Positions 1 through 8,493 of a stretch of 57,688 nucleotides of DNA are shown piece after piece (the stretch's first letter is position 1; each line of letters begins with the position of its first letter). The translations under genes were made by a program, and so were the position numbers. The notes beneath the pieces were generated by a model. That model did no database searches and was not told the origin of the DNA. It saw only the letters and a program-made list of their open reading frames with translations. The DNA lies in contig CAZLCI010000004.1 of the NCBI GenBank assembly GCA_964558115.1, forward strand, positions 1 through 57,688. Direction: 5' to 3'. Source of the DNA: an uncultured Nitrospinaceae bacterium (lineage in GTDB: Bacteria > UBA8248).

Positions 1-1
1 A

Positions 2-235
2 TATAGAATTTTAAAACCAAAAGGTAAATTAATTTTAAGAGAATTGGCCCTTAAAAATTCTTTGCCAGACGAAATAGAGCAGGATCCTAGTGCTTGGAAT
101 TCATCACTAGGTGGAGTTATAAGTAAATCTGACTGGCTTGAACTTCTTACTAATGTTGGTTTTACAGATATTCGAATTTCTGATGAAAAAGATTTTTCTC
201 CTGTAATTTCCTTGAAAATACAAGCCTACAAATAA
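2..235 (+). CDS. 3' part of a class I SAM-dependent methyltransferase, arsenite methyltransferase (ArsM)-like; truncated by window start
   Basis: Frame is open from base 2: YRILKPKGKLILRELAL...DPSAWNSSLGG...LLTNVGFTDIRI, matching the RxLKPGG and W..C..GA...L..aGF.dI pattern of ArsM-like C-termini. Confidence 0.65.
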   Translation, partial: YRILKPKGKLILRELALKNSLPDEIEQDPSAWNSSLGGVISKSDWLELLTNVGFTDIRISDEKDFSPVISLKIQAYK

Positions 236-270
236 CAAACGTCTTCCAAATTTATGTAAGTTTGAGTTTC

Positions 271-299
271 TTGATTGTGTTTCATCTATATGTTATAAA
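271..299 (+). promoter_or_regulatory. Putative sigma70 promoter of the first ABC operon
   Basis: TTGATT (271-276), 17-nt spacer, TATAAA (294-299) with extended -10 TG at 291-292; GGAGG RBS before ATG 370. Confidence 0.45.
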
Positions 300-369
300 T
301 TTAAGACATACACAATTTTTATATATTTTTGCTTCCTTACTTTTCGTAAGATGACATGGAGGAGGGGTT

Positions 370-1665
370 ATGAGTTGTAGACGATTCGCAGTTTTAACTG
401 TTGTAGCTTTTGCTTTAGTTGCATTTTCTTTTAGTAATGTTTCCGCAAAGCTAAAAGTAGTAGTTCGTACAGTTCCTGCTGTTGCTGCTCAAACATATCT
501 AAAATCAATACCTGCAAAATTCAAGAAAGCTACAGGTATTGATGTTAAGATTGAATTTGTAGCATCTAGAGCCCTTGGTAGAAAGTTGATTACGGCAGCA
601 GAAACAAAGTCAGGTGCTGACATGGTTATGGCACTCTACAATCGACCTGTTACTGTGAAAGAATCTCTAGAGCCATTAGACGATGTTCTAAAACCACTTG
701 AGAAAAAGTATGGTGGTTTCTCTAGTGTCTTCTATGATGCAGGATATGTTGACGGTAAGTGGTTAGCGGCTCCTTACATAGGAGTTTCTCAGATTCTAAA
801 TTATCGTAAAGACTTATTAAAGAAGATAGGAGAAAATCCCCCTGACACTTGGGAAGATGCTCTTAGAATAGGAAAAAAGCTGAAGAAAGCAAAATTGGCT
901 CCTTGGGCAGAAGCTTTGGGCAGTCATGTAATTGATCCAAGTACTACTGTACTTTGTATTCTTTGGGGTTATGGTAGTAAACAGGTTTCCACAGATGGAA
1001 AAAGAATTACTCTTGATTCACCTGAGACTAGAGCTGGTTTGAAATTTATTAAAAAAGCTTATAAAGAAGCTTGGCCAAAAGCAACTATCGGTTGGAAAAC
1101 TTTAGAAAATAACCAAGGTTTTCTTGGCGGTAAAATTGGGATGACTATCAATGCTGCAAGTATTTGGTGGAAGTCTAGTCAATGGAATGTAAATAGGAAA
1201 AAGAAGAAAAGTTGGAAACCAAAAAAGAAATGGAAATTTATTTATGAAAATATTGGATTCTCTCTAATTCCTCGTGGTCCAGCTGGAAGACACTGTACTT
1301 CTATTCCTATGACTTTAGTTCTTCTAAAGCATTCTAAACATAAAAAGGATGCAAAAGAGTTTATTAAATTTATGTTAAGACCTGAAATTCAAACAGAGTA
1401 TGCTGTAAAGTCCTGGATGTTTATACCTGTTTATAATGGATTGGCTGCAAAATTACCTGACAATGAATTTACTCGTGTGATGGCAAAGCAAGCAAAATTT
1501 GCCCATTTGCCTGGTTGGCCTGGACCACCAAGTAAAGCTGGTGCCCAGACTCATGCACGTTTTGTTCTTTTGTCGATGGCGCAGCGTTATGTTAAGGGTC
1601 AAAATATTGACGATTCGATTAAACAAGCAGTTAAAGAACTTAGGAAATTATATAAAGTTCAATAA
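370..1665 (+). CDS. ABC transporter solute-binding protein, CUT1 (sugar-type) family
   Basis: Signal peptide (VSA-K), YRKDLL..G..PP.TWED motif, first gene of SBP-permease-permease-ATPase operon. Confidence 0.9.
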   Translation: MSCRRFAVLTVVAFALVAFSFSNVSAKLKVVVRTVPAVAAQTYLKSIPAKFKKATGIDVKIEFVASRALGRKLITAAETKSGADMVMALYNRPVTVKESLEPLDDVLKPLEKKYGGFSSVFYDAGYVDGKWLAAPYIGVSQILNYRKDLLKKIGENPPDTWEDALRIGKKLKKAKLAPWAEALGSHVIDPSTTVLCILWGYGSKQVSTDGKRITLDSPETRAGLKFIKKAYKEAWPKATIGWKTLENNQGFLGGKIGMTINAASIWWKSSQWNVNRKKKKSWKPKKKWKFIYENIGFSLIPRGPAGRHCTSIPMTLVLLKHSKHKKDAKEFIKFMLRPEIQTEYAVKSWMFIPVYNGLAAKLPDNEFTRVMAKQAKFAHLPGWPGPPSKAGAQTHARFVLLSMAQRYVKGQNIDDSIKQAVKELRKLYKVQ

Positions 1666-1704
1666 TTATGCGCCTGCTTTAAATAAGGTATAGGAGTAGT
1701 TCTA

Positions 1705-2658
1705 ATGGCAGGCAGTTTAGATGACAAGAATTTGAACTTAGGCGGTAGAGTGGGGGAGCATTTTCCTCCACTCGGTCGTTTAGGTAAGTGGATGGAAAAG
1801 CCAGAAGTTCTTGGCTATATTCTTCTAGCTCCAGCAATTATTTTTCTTCTTGTTTTTCTCGGTTATCCATTTATACAAGCAATATGGTTGACTATGCTCG
1901 ACAAAGAGGTCGGAGTCGAAGGTACTTTCGTAGGTTTAAATAACTATATTGTTCTTTGGCAAGATTCAGTCTATAGATGGACAGTTGTAAACGCTTTGAT
2001 TTTTACTACTATTTCAGTTCTCGCGAAATTGATTCTCGGAATGCTTGGTGCGCTTGTAATGAATCAAGCGTTTTTCTTAAAGAATTTTTTTAGGGGTTTT
2101 GTTCTCCTTCCTTGGATTATCCCCTCAGTATTAAGTGCTCTCATTTGGTTATGGATGTTCGATGATCAATATGGGGTAATAGGTAGAACTTTAATGTCTT
2201 TAGGTCTTATCGATGATATGATCTTATGGCTTACTGATTGGGGAATGGCACTCACATCCATTATTATAGTGAATGTTTGGAGAGGTACTCCATTTTTTAT
2301 AGTTTCTTTATTGGCGGCTCTTCAGACAGTTCCTAAAGAACAATATGAAGCTGCAGAGATTGACGGTGCTGGGCTTTTTTCGCAATTTTTGCATGTTACT
2401 CTTCCAAATATTAAACATGTTCTTATCATTGTTACTCTCTTCGGTACGATTTGGACTATAAGTGATTTTAATATTATTTATGTTATTACGCATGGAGGTC
2501 CAGCTGATAGTACTCATGTTTTCTCTACACTTGCGCATCAGAGAGCATTTGATGCCGGACAAATGAGTGAAGGAATTGCAATTTCGTTTACCATGTTCCC
2601 GATTCTTTTTATTATTTTGTTTATTCGGTTTTATCGGATGAGAAAGGAAGAAGATTAA
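1705..2658 (+). CDS. ABC transporter permease (MalF/UgpA-like)
   Basis: Multiple TM helices, EAA loop YEAAEIDGA, T.GGP motif. Confidence 0.93.
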   Translation: MAGSLDDKNLNLGGRVGEHFPPLGRLGKWMEKPEVLGYILLAPAIIFLLVFLGYPFIQAIWLTMLDKEVGVEGTFVGLNNYIVLWQDSVYRWTVVNALIFTTISVLAKLILGMLGALVMNQAFFLKNFFRGFVLLPWIIPSVLSALIWLWMFDDQYGVIGRTLMSLGLIDDMILWLTDWGMALTSIIIVNVWRGTPFFIVSLLAALQTVPKEQYEAAEIDGAGLFSQFLHVTLPNIKHVLIIVTLFGTIWTISDFNIIYVITHGGPADSTHVFSTLAHQRAFDAGQMSEGIAISFTMFPILFIILFIRFYRMRKEED

Positions 2659-3558
2659 GTGTCTGATGTAAGTATGAAAAATGAGACTCAAAATAGTTCT
2701 AAAATTGAATTTACAATGCGTCAACGTAGATTTCTTCATAGAATCTTCTTTTTATACATCCCTTTGTTTTTCTTTATGGGTTTTGCTCTTTTCCCTTATC
2801 TTTGGTTGACTATTTCCTCTTTTACGAGCGAAGAGAAACTATATGATACAGATCAAAGTCCTTGGAGTTTTCATTCGTTTTCTCTAGAACACTATGTGGA
2901 TTTGCTTGAAGATACTGAATTTTTGAGTTGGGTTTGGAATAGTCTTTTTGTGGGGCTTGCATCGACAATTTTTTCAGTTTTTATTGGTGCTTTAGCAGGA
3001 TATGCTTTAGCTAGGCTTCGTTTTAGAGGTTCCTCTTATCTTGGTATGGGAATCATAGTAACTTATTTAGTTCCAGTATCGGTTTTATTTTTGCCTCTAG
3101 CATATGTTTTTTATAATTGGGGACTAGTTGATACGAGATTAGCCCTTATATTAGCGTATCCCACACATCTAATTCCTTTCTGTACATGGTTTATGTTGGG
3201 ATATTTTAAAAATATTCCTGCGGACTTAGAAGAAAGTGCAATGATAGATGGTTGTACAAGAATTCAGGCTTTTTATAAAATTGCTTTACCTCTTTCCTTA
3301 CCTGGAGTTTTGGCTGCATCAATTTTTGCTTTTACATTTTCTTGGAATGAATTTCTGTATGCTTTGACTTTTATAAGTACTGATGAATTAAAGACCATTC
3401 CTCAGGGAGTCCACGGTCAACTCGTATTGGGTGATGCATATTATTGGGGGAAGTTAATGGCTGCGACTTTCTTGGGGTCACTTCCTATTGCTATTATTTA
3501 CTCGTTTTTAAGTGAGTTCTTCGTTAAAGGACTTACGGAAGGCGCTTTAAAACAATAA
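2659..3558 (+). CDS. ABC transporter permease (MalG/UgpE-like)
   Basis: LEESAMIDG EAA loop, WNEFLYAL, C-terminal GLTEGALK; start is GTG 2659 or ATG 2674. Confidence 0.93.
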   Translation: MSDVSMKNETQNSSKIEFTMRQRRFLHRIFFLYIPLFFFMGFALFPYLWLTISSFTSEEKLYDTDQSPWSFHSFSLEHYVDLLEDTEFLSWVWNSLFVGLASTIFSVFIGALAGYALARLRFRGSSYLGMGIIVTYLVPVSVLFLPLAYVFYNWGLVDTRLALILAYPTHLIPFCTWFMLGYFKNIPADLEESAMIDGCTRIQAFYKIALPLSLPGVLAASIFAFTFSWNEFLYALTFISTDELKTIPQGVHGQLVLGDAYYWGKLMAATFLGSLPIAIIYSFLSEFFVKGLTEGALKQ

Positions 3559-3602
3559 GATCGATGTTTTTCAGACATCATTCTTAAAACAGGAGGTTTG
3601 TT

Positions 3603-4697
3603 TTGGGTGAGCTAAAATTACAAGATCTCACGAAGAAATTTGGCGAAGTCACCGCGGTAAAGGATGTGAATTTAGAGATTAAGGATCAGGAATTTCTGGT
3701 TCTTTTGGGTCCATCCGGTTGTGGTAAATCTACTACTTTAAGAATGATTGCTGGGTTAGAGGATGCTACTGGTGGAGACATTTTTCTTGATGGAAGAAGA
3801 TTAAATGATGTTTTGCCTCGAGATCGGAATATAGCGATGGTTTTTCAAAATTACGCATTATATCCTCATAAAACAGTTTACGATAATATGGCATTCGGCC
3901 TTCAACTAAGGCGAGTTCCTAAGGAAGAGATTGAAAGAAGGGTACTTGAAGCGGCAAGTATTTTAGGTATTGAAGAACTTTTAAAAAGAAGACCTAAACA
4001 GCTTTCAGGGGGACAAAGACAGCGAGTTGCGGTTGGAAGAGCTATTGTCAGGGATCCTGCTGTTTTTCTTTTCGATGAACCTCTATCAAATTTAGACGCT
4101 AAACTTAGAGTGCAGACCAGAGTGGAACTTTTAAAGTTGCATAAAAGATTACAAGTGACATCCGTCTATGTAACTCATGATCAAATTGAAGCAATGACAA
4201 TGGGAGATAGAATTGTTGTAATGCTTGATGCGACGATACAGCAGGTTGGAACACCTATGGAAATCTATCAAAAGCCTGCGAATCAATTTGTTGCTGGTTT
4301 TATAGGAAGTCCGGCAATGAATTTTAATGAAGTATCCATAAAGTCTATTGGAGATGATATCTTCCTTGAAGGGAAGGGATTCAATTTTCAGGCAAATGAA
4401 TTTCAAAAAAGTCTAATAAAATCTTACCAAAAAAGTGAAGGTGTTTTTGGTATAAGACCTGAAGATATAGCAATTGTAACTGAAGGTTATGAGATAGAAA
4501 ATTCTTTTGAAGGAATTGTCGAGCTTGTAGAACCAGTTGGTTCTGATATCTTTCTTGAACTAGATGTTGAAGGAAGCGCATTCACTGCACGAGTTCCCAC
4601 AAACATTAAAACGCAAGTCGGTGAGAAACTTCGTTTTACTCCTATTAGTGATGGAATGCATTTATTTGATATAGAATCGGGAATATCTGTATTTTAA
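3603..4697 (+). CDS. ABC transporter ATP-binding protein (MalK/UgpC-like)
   Basis: Walker A GPSGCGKS, LSGGQRQR signature, FLFDEPLSNLD, VTHDQ, C-terminal TOBE region; TTG start after GGAGG. Confidence 0.96.
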   Translation: MGELKLQDLTKKFGEVTAVKDVNLEIKDQEFLVLLGPSGCGKSTTLRMIAGLEDATGGDIFLDGRRLNDVLPRDRNIAMVFQNYALYPHKTVYDNMAFGLQLRRVPKEEIERRVLEAASILGIEELLKRRPKQLSGGQRQRVAVGRAIVRDPAVFLFDEPLSNLDAKLRVQTRVELLKLHKRLQVTSVYVTHDQIEAMTMGDRIVVMLDATIQQVGTPMEIYQKPANQFVAGFIGSPAMNFNEVSIKSIGDDIFLEGKGFNFQANEFQKSLIKSYQKSEGVFGIRPEDIAIVTEGYEIENSFEGIVELVEPVGSDIFLELDVEGSAFTARVPTNIKTQVGEKLRFTPISDGMHLFDIESGISVF

Positions 4698-4776
4698 TAT
4701 TTGATTCTATACCTAATCGTTAAAATTTCTGAAATAATTTTTTGAGAATTTCTTTTAAAATGGAGGACCTTGTCTA

Positions 4777-5910
4777 ATGTCTGAAAGAAAAGAACTAGGA
4801 TTAGCTGTTGTAGGTTGCGGGGTTGTAGGACGAATGAGAGCAACTTTGGCAAAAGATTTTCCTGGCATAGGTTGGATAGGTCTTACTGATATGAATCAGA
4901 AAGTAGGAGAGAATCTAAAGAAAGATATTCAAGCAGATTTTTTTACAACGGATCTAAAGGAATTATTAAATCGACCTGAAGTTGATGCTGTTATAGTTGC
5001 AACTTCAACATGGGCACACGTTGAACCCTCTATTATTGCTGCCGAACTTGGGCATTCATTAATGATAGAAAAACCTTTAGCGACGGACGCAAGGGAGTCG
5101 GCAAAAGTTCTGGAAACTATTGAAGCCTGTGGTGTAGATGCAGTGGTGGGATATACACAACGTTTCCGTAGACGTTTTCTTGCCGTAAAAGAAAGAGTTG
5201 ATAACGGTCAGATAGGAGATATCACAGCAGCAGTTACCCGTGCTTTTATGAATAGGATGGCACCAACAGGAGAAGTTCGTTTGACAAAGGATCGACGTTT
5301 TCTTACTCCAATGGTCGTTTCAGGAACTCACAGTTTAGATATGTGTATGTGGATAATGGGTCCCTCTGCTAAACCAGTTTCGATTTTTGCAAGGTCTACA
5401 GAAAAGATATTGAGTGATTTAGGAACAAAAGATGCTACTTTCGGTGTCTTTACAATGGATAATGGAGCAATTTGGAGTATGAATATTTGTTGGGCTTTGC
5501 CTAAAGCCTGGCCAGGAGCGGTGTATGGTTTAGAAATTGGCATTGTCGGGACAAAAGGTGTTGTAGATATAGAAGATACACATAGAGATGTTGTTATGGC
5601 GTCAGAATTTTCTCAAGGACCTGCCTATAGACCTGAAGATTTTGTTATGGAAGCAGAAAGAAATGTAGATTTTTTAACAAGTTTTCCTCCTGGAGATATA
5701 TATGAAGGTGAATTATGGGGACCAATGAGAGAAGAAACCAATTCATGGTTCCAGAGGATTTATTCTGGGAAAAATACTCCTCATGCAACAGCTTCGGAAG
5801 CGCATAGAAACTTGATGTTAACAATGGCAATGGATCTTTCTGCAAAACGTCAGAGTGAAATTGAGTTGCCCATAGAACCTGCAGAATTAATGTCTGGTCT
5901 TGAAGAATAA
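4777..5910 (+). CDS. Gfo/Idh/MocA family oxidoreductase
   Basis: N-terminal VVGCGVVG Rossmann motif, EKP motif, GTHSLD. Confidence 0.9.
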   Translation: MSERKELGLAVVGCGVVGRMRATLAKDFPGIGWIGLTDMNQKVGENLKKDIQADFFTTDLKELLNRPEVDAVIVATSTWAHVEPSIIAAELGHSLMIEKPLATDARESAKVLETIEACGVDAVVGYTQRFRRRFLAVKERVDNGQIGDITAAVTRAFMNRMAPTGEVRLTKDRRFLTPMVVSGTHSLDMCMWIMGPSAKPVSIFARSTEKILSDLGTKDATFGVFTMDNGAIWSMNICWALPKAWPGAVYGLEIGIVGTKGVVDIEDTHRDVVMASEFSQGPAYRPEDFVMEAERNVDFLTSFPPGDIYEGELWGPMREETNSWFQRIYSGKNTPHATASEAHRNLMLTMAMDLSAKRQSEIELPIEPAELMSGLEE

Positions 5911-5953
5911 TTTTTTAAAATATTCAAGATTAAGTATAAGGAATGGAATATTT

Positions 5954-7192
5954 ATGTTTAGTTCAATTAGAGGATTATTAAGCTTAGAAACTAATAAAAT
6001 TATTGACGATCTAAAGCACCCATTTACCTGCCCAGATTCTGGGGGTACTTTGAAGGGTTTATATGACTTGGATTGGATTCATAAAAGTATAGATCGCGAA
6101 GAGTTAAAGACAAGACCTTCAGGCATTTGGCGTTGGCACGAATTGCTTCCTGTTAGAGATCCTGAAAATGTAATTTCTCTTCATGAAGGTGATACTCCAC
6201 TTATTCATGCACAAGAATTAGGAAAAGAATTAGGTCTAGAACGGCTTTTTATACTCGATGAATCAAGGAATCCTACAGGTTCTTTTAAGGATAGAGGTGG
6301 CTCAGTCACTATAAGTAAGTGTAAAGAAGTTGGAATTGAACAAATTGTTCTTCCTTCTTCAGGTAACGCAGCTGCTTGTTTTAGTGCATATTGTGCGAGA
6401 GGAGGTTTAGATTTTATCGGTTTTGTAAGAGATGATAGTTCTCAGGCACACTGTGTTCAGGTAGAGGCTTATGGAGCATCTACTTTTGTCGTAAATGGGG
6501 ATCAGGGGGTTTGCGGAAGACTTGCAGAAGAAGTTTCTAGAGAATTGAAATGTTTGCATGCAACTTTGCCGAGAAATTTATATAGAGTTGAAGGCAAAAA
6601 AACTATTGCATATGAAATAGCAGAGAAATTTAATTGGGAAGTACCTGACCGGGTTATTTGCCCTACTGCTGGAGGTACTACTTGTATTGCACTTGAACAG
6701 GGGTTTAGTGAACTCATTCAACTAGGATGGATAGATCGAATTCCTGCGATAGATGTTGTACAGTCTGATGGGTGTGCGCCTATAGTCGAATCTTTACACT
6801 CAGGAAAAAAAGTGAAACCATGGGGAAAAGTAGATACAATGTCTGCTGGTTTAACTAGTCCAAGTCCTGCATGCGGAGACAAAGTTGTAGAAATAGTTAA
6901 AAAAACTGGTGGAGAGGGAGTTGAAGTTACTGATCAAATGAATTTAGAGATGGAATTCCTTCTAGCTAAAAAAGAAGGTATTTTTTTGCAACCTGCTTCC
7001 GCAGCATCTATAGCTAGCCTAACCAATCAAGGAAATAGAAAAATTAAACCTCAAAAAAGTGAGACTATCGTTTGTATAGGAACAGGCACAGGAAAGAATG
7101 CTATAGAGGTAGCAACAGGTCACTTAGGGAAAACCAGAAGAATTGAGCCTGACATTAAAGAATTTTTGAAGATTTATAGAGGAAATGAATGA
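5954..7192 (+). CDS. Threonine synthase-like PLP-dependent enzyme (fold type II)
   Basis: EGDTPL, NPTGSFKDRG (PLP Lys), SSGNAA, EGKKTIAYE; ATG 5954 preferred over the overlapping TTG 5900. Confidence 0.85.
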   Translation: MFSSIRGLLSLETNKIIDDLKHPFTCPDSGGTLKGLYDLDWIHKSIDREELKTRPSGIWRWHELLPVRDPENVISLHEGDTPLIHAQELGKELGLERLFILDESRNPTGSFKDRGGSVTISKCKEVGIEQIVLPSSGNAAACFSAYCARGGLDFIGFVRDDSSQAHCVQVEAYGASTFVVNGDQGVCGRLAEEVSRELKCLHATLPRNLYRVEGKKTIAYEIAEKFNWEVPDRVICPTAGGTTCIALEQGFSELIQLGWIDRIPAIDVVQSDGCAPIVESLHSGKKVKPWGKVDTMSAGLTSPSPACGDKVVEIVKKTGGEGVEVTDQMNLEMEFLLAKKEGIFLQPASAASIASLTNQGNRKIKPQKSETIVCIGTGTGKNAIEVATGHLGKTRRIEPDIKEFLKIYRGNE

Positions 7193-7323
7193 TTTCTTGA
7201 TTTTTGAATTCACAAAATAAATCTTTTTTCATCAATTTTTTATGCTAGGTTGTTATTAAATTCACTTTAATAATTTTTTTCTTCAATTTTTGTTTTTTAG
7301 TTAAACAAAAGGGAGGTTATTTT

Positions 7324-8388
7324 ATGTATCTCAAGAAGTCTTTAGGAGCGCTTTTAGTTTTCTGTTTTTTTGTCGTTTTATTTAGTTCGACTGCATATTC
7401 AGCTGATATGAGAGCAGCCAAAAAAGAAGGTAAAGTTGTTTGGTACTCTTCTATTACTCTGAAAATATCTCAAAGAATTTGTAATAACTTTAACAAAAAG
7501 AACTTAGGAATTAAGTGTGTTTTACATAGATCAGGTTCTAGTAAACTCTATAAACGTTATAGAAAAGAAGCGAGAGGTAAGATCTATAGGGCGGACGTAT
7601 TCCATACTTCTAACATCGGTCAGTTTTTGATTATGCACGAAAAATTAAAGTATATTCGTCCTTATAAAGTAAAAGGTGGAGACAAGCTTTTATCTAACTT
7701 CAGAACTGATGATGGAAGATGGTATATCCTACGTTCAAGTGTAATGGTACCTGTGTACAATACAAAATTAGTTAAAGCTTCAGATGCGCCTACAAGTTGG
7801 TTGGATTATCATGATCCAAAATGGAAAAATAAGTTGGTTGTTTCCGATCCGAACTACGGTGGATTTGCTACTGCAACAATGATCGTTTTAGAGAATTTGT
7901 TTGGTGGAGATTATTTTGTAAAGCTTAAAGCTAACAATCCACGTCGATATGGCTCGGCTGCAGGAACACTTGGTTTGGTTGCACGTGGTGAAGTACTAAT
8001 TACACATGGTGCAGTTGCGTATTCTGCATTTAACAAAATTTTAAAGGGTGAACCTTTAGCGATGGCAATTCCGAAAGAAGGAGTTCCATTTGTACGTTCT
8101 CCAAATTCTGTTCTAGCTAAAGCTCCTCATCCAAATGCAGCAGAAGTTTATGCAGATTATCTATTTTCAAAAGAAGCACAGCAGATTCTTGCTAATATGG
8201 GTCTGTACGTAGGTCATACTGGAATCACTTACCCTAAAGAGCAAACACCTCTTAATAAGTTCAAGTTAGTTGAGGTTCCTGCTCAGGAACTTAAGAAGAA
8301 ATCTAAACCTTCTAGAAAGAGATTTAAGAAAATCTTTAGTGGTATCAAACTTGAGGGTAAAAAGAAGAAGAAAAAGAAAAAGAAATAA
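7324..8388 (+). CDS. ABC transporter solute-binding protein (Fe3+/thiamine/polyamine-type family) with C-terminal poly-Lys
   Basis: Signal peptide, AAKKEGKVVWYS, YNTKLV...P.SW.D..DPKWK, APHPNAA; ends in nine Lys. Confidence 0.9.
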   Translation: MYLKKSLGALLVFCFFVVLFSSTAYSADMRAAKKEGKVVWYSSITLKISQRICNNFNKKNLGIKCVLHRSGSSKLYKRYRKEARGKIYRADVFHTSNIGQFLIMHEKLKYIRPYKVKGGDKLLSNFRTDDGRWYILRSSVMVPVYNTKLVKASDAPTSWLDYHDPKWKNKLVVSDPNYGGFATATMIVLENLFGGDYFVKLKANNPRRYGSAAGTLGLVARGEVLITHGAVAYSAFNKILKGEPLAMAIPKEGVPFVRSPNSVLAKAPHPNAAEVYADYLFSKEAQQILANMGLYVGHTGITYPKEQTPLNKFKLVEVPAQELKKKSKPSRKRFKKIFSGIKLEGKKKKKKKKK

Positions 8389-8414
8389 TACGTTTGTAAC
8401 TGTTTATGTTTAAG

Positions 8415-8452
8415 TAATCTGTGAAGATAATTTTCTTTATCTTCACAGATTA
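8415..8452 (+). terminator. 16-bp inverted repeat between SBP and permease (partial terminator or mRNA-stabilising hairpin)
   Basis: TAATCTGTGAAGATAA-ttttct-TTATCTTCACAGATTA followed by a T-rich tract. Confidence 0.75.
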
Positions 8453-8493
8453 GTATTTTTGTTTTTCATTGAAGTATAAAAGGTAGATTTGTC

